This document shows positions 1-13,660 of a stretch of DNA of 64,000 nucleotides, piece by piece. This DNA is from Camelus dromedarius. Its lineage: Eukaryota. The stretch spans positions 98,458,001 to 98,522,000 of the forward strand of contig NC_087436.1 in the NCBI RefSeq assembly GCF_036321535.1, written 5' to 3'. Made by a program: the position numbers and the translations under genes. How positions within the stretch are numbered: the stretch's first letter is position 1; the number at the start of each line of letters is the position of its first letter. A model generated the notes under the pieces. That model saw nothing but the letters and a program-made list of their open reading frames with translations, was not told the DNA's origin and did no database searches.

Positions 1-112
1 TATTCTTTTAAATTATACACGCTACAAGCCATTGAATATGGTTCCTTATACTATACAGTAAGACCTTGTTTATCTATTTTATACATAGTAGTTTGTATCT
101 GCAAATCCCAAA
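1..112 (-). mobile_element. L1 3'UTR fragment (cetartiodactyl-type), cut by window start
   Basis: Reverse complement reads gggatttgcagatacaaactactatgtataaaatagataaacaaggtcttactgtatagtataaggaaccatattcaat, the characteristic laurasiatherian L1 3'UTR. Confidence 0.8.
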
Positions 113-1339
113 TTTGGTGGTTTGAATTCTTTAAAGCTTAGACAGACCTCATTTTTATTCCTTTTACTACGTAAGGTTGAATAAGACAGAAGTTTTTATA
201 ATATTCCTCCTGGGAGTCTAAAAAAGTAATAACAATTTGCATTTTGAAGTGTCTTTTGTAACACTTCAAAAGACTGAAAGTCATATTAATCAAAATGCCA
301 AGAACAGCTAAATTTTTATAAACCCCTTGTCTATGTTTATGGTGGAAACATCAGAATTGTGCTACTTTGCTTCCAATCAGTTCTTTCCAATTTGGTTCTG
401 AGTTGGATCTGAATCAATGTTTATAAAATATTCTATCAGGTTAGCACTGTTGATGTTATTTACATAATTTTCCTCTATAAACTCCTGTAGCTGTAATCAT
501 TACTCTACCTGGGGAATTGTAGACTTCTCTTTCTTCTAGTGTTTCTCTCTCCAACAAAGCTGTGCTTTCCCAGCACAGAGCTCTGGGGATTACACAGTGC
601 TAATGCACGTATCCCCCCCGTCTCCATCTTTGTTCATTGTTGATATGTCTGTACCAAATTGGCTGCTGAAATTCAGGCCAAAACAAAAGGAGTAGCAATT
701 GCTTAAAAAGTTAATAACTATTTAATAAAAGTACAAGTGTTAGAGAAATGCTTTTTTGAACTCTTAACAGATATAGAAAAGAATATTATTATGAACTGTT
801 TATAAATTGAAAACCTGGGGGGACGGAGTCAATTGCAAAACCTTTTAAACTTGATGTTTTAGTGGTTTCTGAGCATACTTTCATTCCATGGTGCATATAA
901 TAATTTTGCATTTACTCATTTGCCTGAACCTATTCTTTTTCAATGCTTGCTTTTTCCAGCCAAACTATGTGAAATGTTTAATTTTACTTGGGACTCACTT
1001 AACAAAACATCACGTGTAGATATCTTCCTCCTCATTATTGGATAATGTACATATATGAAAATTCACCCGAAGCCCTTGTTCCCTGCCCCATAGAAGGGCT
1101 GGGTCTCAGAGGAAAAAAACTGTAATTTGAAGGAGTCTTGTGCTCCTGGTACCTCCAAATCTTATTTCCTGATAAAATTATACCTAAACTATAATACTGT
1201 GTTTCCAATATCTATCTCCCAGTCCTGTACCACTAGCATATTATTCAATCAAAAAAATGCAGCAGATGGCAAAAATACACAATAAATCATACACATATTA
1301 TTTAAATGATACTAACCAGGTGTCTGTCAGCTTGTTAGC

Positions 1340-1775
1340 ACGATGAACTGAATGATGTCCTCTTAAAAGATGTGTTCATGTCCTGGAACCTGTGACTATT
1401 AACTTACATGTCAAAAGATGTAATTAAGTTCAGGATCTTGAAAAAAGCTTATCCTAAATTATCCCAGTGAGTCTTGCATGCCATCAAATGTATTCTTAGA
1501 AAAGAGACACTCAAAAGAAATACACAGAAGAGAAGGTGATGGGAAGACAGAGGCAGAGATCAGGGTGATGGCAGCCACCAGAAGCTGGAAGAGGCAAGGA
1601 CCAGATTCTCCCCTACATTTCCCAAAGGGAATCTCACAGCACTTTGATTTTGGCCATTCTGGTCATACTGATTTGGACTTCTGGCCTCCAGAACTGTGAG
1701 AGAATAAATTTCTTTTTTTTTTTTCAAGCTACCAACTTTGTGGTAATGTTATGGCAGCTGTAGGAAATGAATACA
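1340..1775 (+). mobile_element. MaLR solo LTR (MLT1B/C/D-like)
   Basis: Contains gccaccagaagctggaagaggcaagg and ggacttctggcctccagaactgtgagagaataaatttc; ends ...gaataca. Confidence 0.9.
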
Positions 1776-2184
1776 ATCACTAATAATTTAGGAAACACAT
1801 GACCAGCAGGAGCCACAGGAAGCGAGGACAATGTGCAGGAGGATGGCAGTGACAATAAGAGTCGCTGAGGTGTCCTCCCCACTGGAGGAGCAGCCTCGCC
1901 TTTCCTTCATGTTCTCAGTGCGCTACCTGCCATCCTTGCTGCTCTGCCTCCAATGACTCACCTCAAAATCTTCTCCTCTGATTTTATTTCCTCCTGATGC
2001 CGCCAGGTTTTCTGATCCAGCACCTGCTTTTTCCCTCATTATAAGTTATGATGAAAATCCAGACACAGGTTTTACAAAGATTTCTCTAAGGCTGGATCAA
2101 AGGATTTTACAGAGTCAGCATTCTTGATGTTTCTGATCCCCAGTGAGGCAGGTTTAGACCTGGATGAAATCTGTTTCTTCATCT

Positions 2185-2345
2185 CGGTTTAAGTTCCAGT
2201 TCTGCTAATTACTCAATAGGTGACTTCTCACAACTTAATTAACCTCCAGAGTTGTGGTTTTTCTTCTTCATAAATCCAAGATATTATCAACTTCACTGGT
2301 TAGTTATGAGCATTATAGATTACTAAGTAAAATGCCAGGCAAACA
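2185..2345 (+). mobile_element. MIR SINE fragment
   Basis: Degenerate MIR core: ttccagttctgctaattact...gtgacttc...cttaattaacctcc...ttcttcataaa. Confidence 0.55.
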
Positions 2346-5300
2346 GAACTTGGACAACAGAAAGATTTGTTCTTATTCTCTACATGTGCCCGGCTTTGTT
2401 CTGCCCTCACTCCGGATAAACCACAGAGCCTAGTATGTCTGTCCATTTTGTTTGGATGAGGGGGTGTTTTAGGTAAATGTTTGGCTAGGTACATGTCTTA
2501 CTACTGGCCAGACTCTAAATTCATTAACACTTGTCTATCTACTCCTCTTTCTAAGGAACAAATGAGAAGTTCAAGCTTTATGAGAAAGACAGCTGTCAGA
2601 ATCATTTTTATAACCTCTTTATTATTTTCTTCTTCAGATAATGTTAAGAAATAAACACATGTGACTTGGATTGGTTAACTTCTGCTGCTTAATTTCCTAC
2701 CCTTGAATCATTTCAAAATTCTAAGGCAAACCGAAGAATTTAAACTACATCCCTGACTTCATCCTGGTTTTGCTTTTTGGGGGAGTGAAAAAAAGAAAGC
2801 CCCATAAGCAGTTTCCATGAGCAAAATCTCATTTTATTTTTCCTTTGGGAACTGGGAGGCTGACTTCTTCAACCCTCTAACAGAGATATTATAAAGTAAC
2901 AAATATGCAAAAATTCTTGGTTAATAAGATTAAAAGTCAGTTTATGCCCTTTTTGAAACTTGAGTTATCTCTTGACGATGAAAGAGGTGCCGTGCATTGC
3001 TTTCCAAGAGAAGTTTATCAAGTTCATTTTCATTTTCCCTGTAGGAATGCAGTCTTCCACATGGCTAATGGCCATGAGCGCTGGTCCCTGAGGCAAGATT
3101 TCCAGCATCCTTCCTGGCCTGGCCTTCTTGTGATTCTTACCATCCCAGAGGAACTTCTTCTGAACCACAGTAAGTGTGAGTCTTTGGCTGCCTTTCTCTG
3201 AATTTATTTCCTTGCAGTCTGATTCATCCAGTTTCCATTAGGACTTGAATATAACTACAGACTGTGTTTTGACTCTAAAATCCTTTAGAGCTTTATTCTC
3301 ACATTGGAGGTTGTCTGCTGACACCTTCACCTGAATGTCATGTACACGCTTCAAGCAAACGTGTCCAAAATGGAACTCACACATACAAAGATAACTCACA
3401 TTTCAAAGGGGAATAAGAAAAAAAAAATTCCAGACAGAGGGCACAGAGTAACAACTAGAATTTTCAAGAGGTGGATTTCTGGTGACTGGAGCGGTCAGAG
3501 TTGGCTTGATGTGAATGACAATTTTGAAGGAAATCTCAAAGAATAGCCTTTGAGTAAACTGACAGAAGATATTTGATCCTTACCAGGAGAGGTGTTGTGG
3601 ATGCTAGGATTCAGAGTTAGGGGCACTCAAGGGATGTTGGGAGAACAGTGAATAGTCAAATTAGAATAGAAAAATAAATGAGTTCTTAAAGGGTTTATTT
3701 AAACAGGAATAAAGCCCCACATGGGCTTAGTGTTCAGAATTCTCTGTACTTTTGCATGTAATTCTTTGTTCTCTTGGCAGAAATATTTGGCATATTCTGT
3801 CCCGTTTATTTCCTTACTCTATTTGACTACTCAGATCTCAAATTTCAGTAAATTTTGCCTCATATTCTCTTTTTCACAATATTTTGTTAAATGTTATCCT
3901 CTTCCAATTTATGTTCAATTACTTTAATTTTAGACCTCTTCATTTTCACCTGACTTAGTTTTTTGTTTGTTCGTTTAATAACCTCAAGTTCAAAAAGGCT
4001 GGCTTGTTGCAAAGCTCTTTAGCACTGAATCTGATTGCATCCTGACTTTCCATCCCCTTGGGCCTCCGGTTGGCAGCTTTGTAATCCATGTTGAAAAGGG
4101 CTATGATCAACCACCTCTGCTTTACTCATCTACGCGTTCTGCCAATGTATAGGTTAGACAAACCTAAATGTGTTTTTAAATGCACTGAGCTTTTTCTTTT
4201 TGAGAAAAGGACAAATACCGAAGTAGCTCTGTTGCTGAGAGTAGTCTCCTTGGAGAAGCTAGGTCAGGCCTCTGGCTACCTAAACACTCAGCAGTCTCAC
4301 CACTTGACATGATCCCATTAATCAAGCTTCAGTTAGGTTCTCTGGCATTTCAGGGCTGAATTCAGCTGTGCATTTGAAGCTTGATGGCTCATCCTCAGTT
4401 ATTCCACGAGTGACATGACCGCTGTACTTTTGCATCCGTTTTAGGCACAGAATTAAGATCTGTGGGGTTAAGGGAAATAGTCTCTGCATGTTACAATATA
4501 TCATACTGTTCAAAACTGAATTTGAACTAAACATAGACAATTAAATTAATGTTTCCGTCGGATTTTCAAGGAATAAACAGAAACAACAGTATCTGTATGT
4601 AAACAATTCAAAGATTGACCATACAAAAACATCTGGTTATATCCATAACCCTCGGTTTCGTCCTGATGGTGCTAAAAGTTGTGTAATATTTTATTATGCT
4701 GATTTTGAATGTTTTAGACCTGTTTTAAGGAAATTGATGACTCTAGGCATCATTTGATGAGGTTTTAAAATTCTGCAGTATTAAAAAATAAAAATTGTAG
4801 GAGGGGATTTGACATCATCAAGCAAACAATTTATCACAATTATGTCAAAAGACATAAATTTTCAGGAATATTGTGATTCTTTATCTTTATTATTCAGTTA
4901 GTGTTTCTAGAATTTGTTTTCTTCTAATGATGAGTTTGAGTTATATATTATATATAATATTTAGTTCCTATTCTGCTATTGGCATAAAGTTTCAAATTCT
5001 TATTATAAGAGAATGACATTTTAAAATTCTTATTTTTCTGTCTTTGAAATATTTGATAGAGATTTAAGTTTTGTCTTTGAAAACTGAAGCTCTGTTGAAT
5101 CAGCAAGAGCAGTATGTCGGCAAGATAAAGATAGGCAAGTTCTTCTCAGACTCACATTTTTTCATATTATCTAAGCATTTATCATTTCATTCTAATAATG
5201 GAAAAAATACAGAAAATTTTACTCAAGAAGCCTATTCCTTCTTTTATGTAGAGAAGCATGAGGAAGTGTGGAGGAATGACTCCAGAATTGTACATCTGGG

Positions 5301-7099
5301 CTACTTAAAAATGATGTAAAGTCACACTCACTTTAACTAAAATCACTTAATATTGATAACAGTATATTATCAAAGAGCCTAAGGTCTCTTATTAAGCACA
5401 AGCATTACATAGATTTATAAACTAAAATTATATGGTAGATAAATAAGAAGTTTAGAGTCAATGTTAATTTAGAGGCTAAATGACTCATTCTTGCCCCATC
5501 AAGCACGTCTGTGAAAACTTCAATCCAATTGTGAAGTGAAGATGGCTAAAAAATACAAAATTATTTTTTAACTTAGTGATTGACTAGTGTAAATGCAGCC
5601 TAATTTACTGTATTCCTATTTTCATTATTTAAGTATCAATGTGTCCTTTTCTATATTCCATATAGGCTTTGAACAGATTGTATTCTGATTGATTCCAAAT
5701 AGCTACAATGAGGCTTACATTATTTTTTCCTGTGTCCAAGATGGAAAAATAAATTATCACTAAGATAACATCATTTTTAGAAAATTTAGTAGAATTTCTG
5801 TTTTATTATATGCGAGTAAGATACACAGGAAATCTTTCTTCATCGATGTGTTGATAACCTAAAAGTCAGGTTTTTTGTTGTTTGTTTTGGGGTTTTTTGT
5901 TTTGTTTCGTTAATTTATAAGCTTCCATTCAAATAAATTAATGGTCTATCTCAAATGATTCATTTGGCAAAAATAAGTTAACATGTCAATTAAGGCACAG
6001 AAGAAAAGAAGCTTTGTAGCAATAGGATTGGAGGCAGTAAATGTTTTTTACAAAATCAGTATTCAAGTGTCATTATCTAAATAAACAGCTTAATACATTA
6101 TTTCCTCTCTTACATGACAATTATTTTGCATTGCTTTGTGTTATTTTAATTCGTTGTTTCTTTTTATAAAAAATAGTTTGTTTTGTGCTCTCTTTTGGCT
6201 TCATCTGTCTGTGACAACCGGAAAGGAAATATGCTACAAGTATCCCTGCTATTTCTTTTGCAAATGTCCTTTGTTTGTGAAGTGTGATTTCTAGCATTGC
6301 AGCCTGTGAAGGTGGATGAATGCGGATAATGCTTATTATGGCTCTACGCTTCATGTTGCTTACCTAACTTGCAAATGTATTGTGAGGATTAATGCCTATT
6401 TCAAGTACCTTACTATTGCACTTTCCATTAGAGAGAATGGCTCATACACATTACAAAAATCACCCAGTGGAGATCAAATTATACATACACTTACAATCCT
6501 CTGAACTTGCAGTAGAGTAAATTTTAATGAGATAAACATTTTCTATAGCTGTGCCATAGGATTCTTAGTGATCAAAAAGACTGTGTTGAGATGCCATGAA
6601 GAGAAGAATTTAAAAGAAAATGTAAGAAGATTTTCATAATTATGGGTATTAGTCAGATAGCATTTAAAGAACACTAAGTTATCTGCATTTGGATTGTATA
6701 GTCAGTCAACCTTGTAAAAACAGATATACTAAAAAAAAAAAAAAAAGCCCATATAGCTAATTTCCCCAGATAATGGTATCTTTTCATTATGAACAGCAAA
6801 TTTAATAGATCATAAAACTACACTAATAATCAGATACTGTGCCTTTTGGCCCCAGAATTGCCACCTAGTGACTATAAAAAATAAACAAATCTCACATGTA
6901 AGAAAGTGAAAACCCTAGCCAGTCTAACACTCATATACATATTTGCTACTTGCTGTTTAGGTACCCAATAAAATACATTTTCTAAACTCACTACTTTCTA
7001 TCCTAGGAATTATATCATTATTTTATTAATATTTATTAATTTATAAAATGTGGTCATTTTTATGAAATGAAATGTTGAAGTTCTGTGCTCCCATGGTTT

Positions 7100-7670
7100 T
7101 CTACTTAGTTTCTGGCTAATGTGACCCTCCTTGTGCATCCTCTGGACCACACCATGACCTCGCAACTGGAGGATAGAATCATAGGAGGGCAGTTCTCCAG
7201 TGCTCTCTGCATCCATTCTGATTGGCCAGAGACCCAGCCCTGGAACACGTTGATTAACCTGTGATTGACTTGATTAGTTTTAGGTGTATAAATACCTGAG
7301 TCAAGTTGTGATACTATTCCTCTTCTCAAGAATTCTGGACTTTGACACAGCACAAAAGGATGCTGCATAGCAATCTCTCTCCAGTGACCTAAACAGTTAG
7401 ATGTAGAACTCATCAGCCCCTGACAGTCATGTTTTCTCCCTTGTAAAGTAGACCACCTTCAGTCAGAGAGAAGGATGACAAATATGGTATGAAGAAGAGA
7501 TGATTAAGAGAATGAAAGCACCTGCTTACTGTTGCTCCTGAACTCCAACCTGCCTTTTTCACCACCTGGTTGTTCAACCTTTCTTTAAGAGTGTATGAAC
7601 CACACATTCCACTCTTAGCCTGAGCGAGTTCTAGTTCTTTTGTTCCTTGAACAACTAACAACTCTCAACA
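7100..7670 (+). mobile_element. Old MaLR LTR (MLT1J/K/L-like)
   Basis: ctgattggccagagacccagcc and MLT1-type 3' end (ctcttagcctgagcgagttctagttcttttgttccttgaacaac). Confidence 0.55.
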
Positions 7671-8674
7671 GCTTTTGCTAACATTTTGAGTCATTTAAGT
7701 TTACCAGTGACTTGAGGATAGGGCATGTCTCTCTTGTAAACTGCTCATCAATTTTAAACATAGATGTTAACTCACAGGAGATATTCAACAAGTGTTTGTT
7801 GAATGACTTAATAAATATGTCCCCCTTCCTATTTTCATTCTCCTTGGCCCAGCATAGCCTTAGTTCCCTAGCATGAGTGTGATAATCATTGACCTCATAG
7901 ATTTGATTTGACATACTTTAAAGTATTTCTGAATACAGTCAGTACTTTCAGAGCAGGCACATATTGACATAGGGAAAGCTTTGTGATCTTTGACTATCAG
8001 CTAGGTACTTTATTATACTGTCCCAAATAATGCTACTTAATTGATATGGGTTATCACAATGTTAGACAGGGAGGAGGCCTTTCAATTTATATAGCTCAAG
8101 TCATTAATGAGAAAACTGAGAACCAGAGAAATTAGGTGACTTCTTCAAATTCTCATTATTATTTACTAGTTAAGCCAAAGAGAGGCTTGAAAATGTGTTT
8201 CAAATCCCTTGATTTTATCCATTATACTATGTTAAAATTTTATTTTAAATATCAGTATCAAATACATATCAAATTAATACCTCTGCATACCTTAATGCTT
8301 CTTCATATCATTAATTAGGCTTAATAACATAACAGCTTGATATAATTTGTGAGTTCTGTGAGAACCACTTTTATGCCATTTTTTCACAAGTGAATATTAT
8401 AATATCTGACATGTACATTATCATATATGTGATATGATCTCAGATGCATAAGATTTTAATAGCATATCACATAACTGATGCACTAATATCATGATGAAAG
8501 CTTAAGCTTCTTCACAAAGAGAAAAGCCTAACCTGAGCTGACATTTCATCCCTATCATGCTCAATCTCCTCTGATACCTACAGAGATTTCTCCCCAGACA
8601 ATGTTTCATTTCGTACCATTTGCCAGCACAAGGTCTAAATATGATCTGATTAATCTGGGATTATTGTTGCTAAA

Positions 8675-9165
8675 TATCTTAGGCAAAGTTCCTTAGAAAA
8701 CAAAGCCTGAGGCAAACTTAACATACTTAAGCTTTATTGTGTGATGCATATCAAGACAGAGCAAGAAAGAAGGGAATTAGTTGTTTTAGGAAACTTACCT
8801 CAGTTTCCAAAGAAAGCACAGCTAGTTGCTCCGTCGGGGAGGATGTGTTCCAGAAGAACCACACCGACTGTTGTTCTTTGGAGCCTCTCATGATGAGGAA
8901 GGAAGAGGGACTAATCTGCTAATTCCTTCTCATCTCCTCACTGGGTATTACCCCCATGGGGTATTAATTCCTCCAGACTTCTAGGAGGTACACCTATAAA
9001 TAACTGTTGAGAAGTCCAGATCCACATCCTACAAGTGTGACCTAAGCCCAGAAGTGATGGAAGGGACTCAGGTCTCCATAGGTTGGGTTGCATTGGACAC
9101 ATGAGCTGCTTTGTAGGCATAAAGAGGTCAGACAAAGCTAAAGCCTTTGCTCCAAGGAGGCCAGG
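8675..9165 (-). mobile_element. ERVL LTR (LTR16/LTR33-like)
   Basis: Begins tatcttaggcaaagttccttagaaaacaaagcctgaggcaa...ctttattg (antisense poly(A) signal), typical of the reverse-strand end of LTR16-type LTRs. Confidence 0.6.
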
Positions 9166-10336
9166 AAAACTGGTTATTAGGGAAAGTATGGTGAATGGGT
9201 GAATGTGGTAGTTGGATTTTTTCCAATGAATAAGTGGCTAAGAACTGAAGAGCAAACTGGGCCATAAGAATCTGGAGAAGAGCATAATTTGGGGGTGGTA
9301 CACTGGATTGCTTGAGTACATAATTAGTTGAAGTAAGATATATAAATTTTGGGTTTCTGATGTGTGGTCTTTTGGACCCTTAATCTAGTTATATATAGAT
9401 AACCAGAATTATATATAACAAATAATCTTAACAATAAAACATTTAACAAGTAGTAGGAAGAATAACAATTCTATTTCCTTTCCTGCTCTTGTATTATAAT
9501 GGGGAAAATAAAACAATTTTGGCCTCTCAAGATTTGTAAGTAGTTGATAAATTGGGAACCTTTTATTAAATTTATTAAAAATTTTCCAAAAATATGAATG
9601 TATTCCTCACATCTTAAATATACAAAAGTGCATCTGCACCTTACTGCATAAAACAAATAAAAATTACGGTATGTTCTTGTTCAGTCTAGATCTTAGTCTC
9701 AAATATTTTCTTTTGATTTTTTTTGAATGTTAGGTTCTTACTGATAATCCAGAATCACTTTTTTACGAATTCTACAAAGTTAGTCATTTTACTTAATTTC
9801 CACAGTTAAAATATCTCCTAATTTTTCATTTGTCCCTATATTATTAAATATGTACTAGTGAACAAAATAGTTGTTAATATAATTGCTCACATTAAAAACA
9901 AACACAAACAAAAATCTTCTCTTGTTACAGCCTTCTCCAACTACTCTCTATTTTTCTGTACTTTTTTTAATGCAAACTCCTGAAGAATGTACTTACTTTT
10001 TGAAATATCTCATCTCCCTCTTTTTCTATCTCTATCCCTCTCTTTATCTTTCTCAACATTTTTATACCGATAATTTTAAGAATCTATACACCAGTCCGTG
10101 TTATCTGGTCCTGAGTCCATCTACAGGAGAGGGCTGAATAGAGAGGTTCAATCATCAGATCAGAGGGGTAGAAAAACACTCTCTGCAAAAATTGAACAAA
10201 CAACAGCAACAAAAGTTAAACTCCAAGGGCAGGGAATAATCAGGCATCTCTATCCACATCTTCTAGTGAACTCTTACATTTTCTTCTTAGCAATGAAAGA
10301 CAAAAACCTTAGTTTCCTTCAACAAATACGCTGTTC

Positions 10337-12330
10337 GTATCTCAACATAATAAAAGCTATATATGACAAACCTACAGACAGCATAGTACTCAATGGTGAA
10401 AAACTCAAAAGCTTCCCACTAAAATCTGGGACAAGACAAGGATGCCCACTATCACCACTTCTATTCAACATAGTCTTGGAAATCCTAGCCACAGCAATCA
10501 GACAAGAGAGAGAAATAAAAGGGATCCAAATTGGAAAAGAAGAGGTAAAAGTGTCACTATATGCCAACGACATGTTACTATATATAGAAGACCCTAAAAG
10601 GTCCACACAAAAGCTACTAGAGCCGATCGAAGAATTCAGCAAGGTAGCAGGTTACAAAATTAACATTCAAAAATCAGTTGCATTTCTTTACACTAATGAT
10701 AAATCAACAGAAGAAGAAAATAAAGAAACAATCCCCTTTAAAATAGCACCCAAAGTAATAAAATACCTAGGAATAAATCTAACCAAGGAGGTGAAAGAAT
10801 TATACACAGAAAACTATAAACCATTGATGAAGGAAATTAAAGTAGACTTTAAAAAATGGAAAGATATCCCATGCTCTTGGATTGGAAGAATCGATATTGT
10901 TAAAATGGTCACACTGCCCACTACAGATTTAATGCAATCCCTATCAAATTACCCAGGACATATTTCACTGAACTAGAACAAATCATAGTAACATTTATAT
11001 GGAACCATCAAAGACCTAGAATTGCCAAAGCTTTACTGAAGAAAAAGAAAGAGACTGGAGGAATAACTCTCCCAGACTTCAGACAATACTATAGAGCTAC
11101 AGTCATCAAGACAGCATGGTATGCTTTTGGTACAAAAACAGACATATAGACCAATGGAACAGAATAGAGAGCCCAGAAATGAACCCACAAACTTTTGGTC
11201 AACTCATCTTCGACAAAGGAGGCAAGAATATACAATGGAATAAAGACAGTCTCTTCAGCAAATGGTGTTGGGAAAACTGGACAGCAGCATGTAAAGCAAT
11301 GAAGCCAGCACACTCCCTTACACCATACACAAAAAATAAACTCAAAATGGATCAAAGACTTAAATATAAGACAAGATACAATGAACCTCCTAGAAGAAAA
11401 TATAGGCAAAACGTTATCTGACATACATCTCAAAAATGTTCTCCTAGGGCAGTCTACCCAAGCAATAGAAATAAAAGCAAGAATAAACAAATGGAACCTG
11501 ATGAAACTTACAAGCTTCTGCACAGCAAAGGAAACCATAATTAAAACAAAAAGACAACCTACGGAATGGGAGAAAAGTTTTGCAAATGAAACTGACAAAG
11601 GCTTGATCTCCAGAATATATAAGCAGCTCATACAACTTAATAAGAAACAACCAAACAACCCAATCCAAAAATGGGCAAAAGACCTAAACAAGCAATTCTC
11701 CAAGGAAGACATACAAATGATTAATAGGTACATGAAAAAATGCTCAATATCACTAATTATCAGAGAAATGCAAATCAAAACTACAATGAGGTATCACCTC
11801 ACACCAGTCAGAATGGCCGTCATTCAAAAATCCACAAATGACAAATGCTGGAGAGGCTGTGGAGAAAAGGGAACCCTCCTACACTGCTGGTGGGAATGCA
11901 GTTTGGTGCAGCCACTGTGGAAAACAGTATGGAGATGCCTCAAAAGACTAGGAATAGACTTACCATATGACCCAGGAATCCTGCTCCTGGGCATATATCC
12001 AGAAGGAACCCTACTCCAAAATGACACCTGCACCCTAATGTTCATAGCAGCACTGTTTACAATAGCCAAAACATGGAAGCAGCCTAAATGTCCATCAACA
12101 GGTGACTGGATAAAGAAGAGGTGGTATATTTATACAATGGAATAGTATTCAGCCATAAAAACCGACAACATAACGCCATTTGCAGCAACATGGATGCTCC
12201 TGGAGAATGTCATTCTAAGTGAAGTAAGCCAGAAAGAGAAAGAAAAATACCATATGAGATGACTGATACGTGGAATCTAAAAACAAAACAAAAACAAACA
12301 AACAAACAAAACATAAATACAAAAGAGAAA
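10337..12330 (+). mobile_element. 5'- and 3'-truncated lineage-specific LINE-1 (3' part of ORF2 plus start of 3'UTR)
   Basis: ORF track pieces 10098-10976, 11116-11421 and 11381-12145 give L1 ORF2 RT ([22 protein letters not shown]) and C-terminal ([18 protein letters not shown]) motifs. Confidence 0.98.
10338..12280 (+). pseudogene. Disrupted L1 ORF2 (reverse transcriptase plus Cys-rich C-terminus)
   Basis: Frameshifts near 10920, 11120 and 11335; premature TAG at 12143-12145; catalytic YADD reads YAND; native-looking stop ggaatcTAA at 12278-12280. Confidence 0.95.
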
Positions 12331-12529
12331 CAAATATGTTCTTCAAATTTATACTTATAAATATATATGGATGCATACATGCATAGTTATAAATATATAA
12401 ATATTAAAGCTTTTTCAGAAAAAAAATGAAGCAACAAAAATTAGAACAAATGGAAATTTAGTAATGATAAACCAGACAGCCACTTTAATTCATTTCCTTC
12501 TGATTTTTTGTATCTATATATGTATAATA

Positions 12530-12860
12530 ACCTGCAGGCATCTTAAGTCTTAAGTTGGAGTTTTGATAATTGGATATGCCTTTGAAACTATAACAGCATA
12601 TAGAAAATTTCTATCAAGCCAGAAAATTCCCTTCTATCCCCTTTCAATCAAAACCCCAGTGTCTTCCAGAGGTAGCTACTTTTTAAAATTCTGTAATAGA
12701 CTAATTCTGAATCTGGCTTCCTTTCTCCTTCAACATGTGTTTGAGTTTCATCCATGTTGTTAGATGTGTCAAAGTTTCACTCCTTTATTGCTGGGGAGCA
12801 TTCAGTAATATGAGTATGTTTCTATGACTTTATCTTTCCTTGGGTGATAGGCCTATGTGT
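12530..12860 (-). mobile_element. Ancient L1M (L1ME/MB-like) 3' fragment
   Basis: tctggcttcctttctccttcaacatgtgtttgagtttcatccatgttgtt...tcctttattgctg is the antisense L1M 3' signature. Confidence 0.7.
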
Positions 12861-13249
12861 AATTTCCCCAATCCCAAATGAAATACTTACGGAAAAATAC
12901 CCACACCCATAAAAAAAGAAACTTAAAATAATTTTTAAACTAAAGTTTCACATTTCCAAATATGAGCCTGCATCCACCAACTTCTTAAAACAGGAAAGAT
13001 TGTGTATGTGTGTGTGTGTGTATTTCCCTTTGAAGAATAAATTAGATGTTAGTTCTGGAAATTAAAGAATAAAAGAAAGATAATTTATTCTTGGTTAGCT
13101 TCACAAAACACTTTTTTTAAATATAAACATTTTTACTAAGAAAGCAACATTCCTTTAATTAGCAAACTATTGATTAGAGAACTATGTTTATACATAAAAC
13201 ACAGAACATGTGTTTTAAAAATCTGATGACCAAGTATAGTTATGTTTAA

Positions 13250-13660
13250 ATATTTTGCTACCCATTAACTTACTCCCAATACCATCCTTACAGACACACA
13301 CACACACACACGCACCCTTCTCATTCCTATGGCCACATTTTGTTGGCATTTTGAGGTTTTTTTTTCCCCATTAATGGCCTTTTTATCCATATTAAAATGA
13401 TATGGGTTTAGTGATGTCTGTGTTTTACTACAAAATAATGGTATTTTATGACTAAAATAAGAAAGATTTATTCAACAACAGTGTATGTGTATGATATGTG
13501 TTCTGTTACAATTATAACATGATATATTATCTTGTTGGACATCCCAGGTTGGCTATCTTGGCATTCCAGTTATTCTGTATCTGTTTGCATCAAAAAAAAA
13601 AAAAAAAAAAAAAAACAAACCTCATTAGTGTGAATATTTCTGTAATGCTGAATCATGTCC
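13250..13660 (-). mobile_element. Ancient L1ME-like 3' fragment
   Basis: ttgttggacatcccaggttgg...ttccagtt...gtgaatatttctgta motifs. Confidence 0.45.

Noticed and set aside
1801..1895. CTCF-like words (ccagcaggagccac, ccactggaggagcag)
   Set aside because: Mismatches at core positions of the motif.
10098..10976. 292-aa ORF as a novel RT fusion gene
   Set aside because: GTG start; the first ~80 codons are chance-open flank fused to a truncated L1 ORF2 with a dead YADD motif and a downstream frameshift.
11089..12069. Long antisense ORFs over L1 (also 10319-10642, 62279-62635, 63339-63947)
   Set aside because: Typical shadow ORFs on the T-rich antisense strand of L1.
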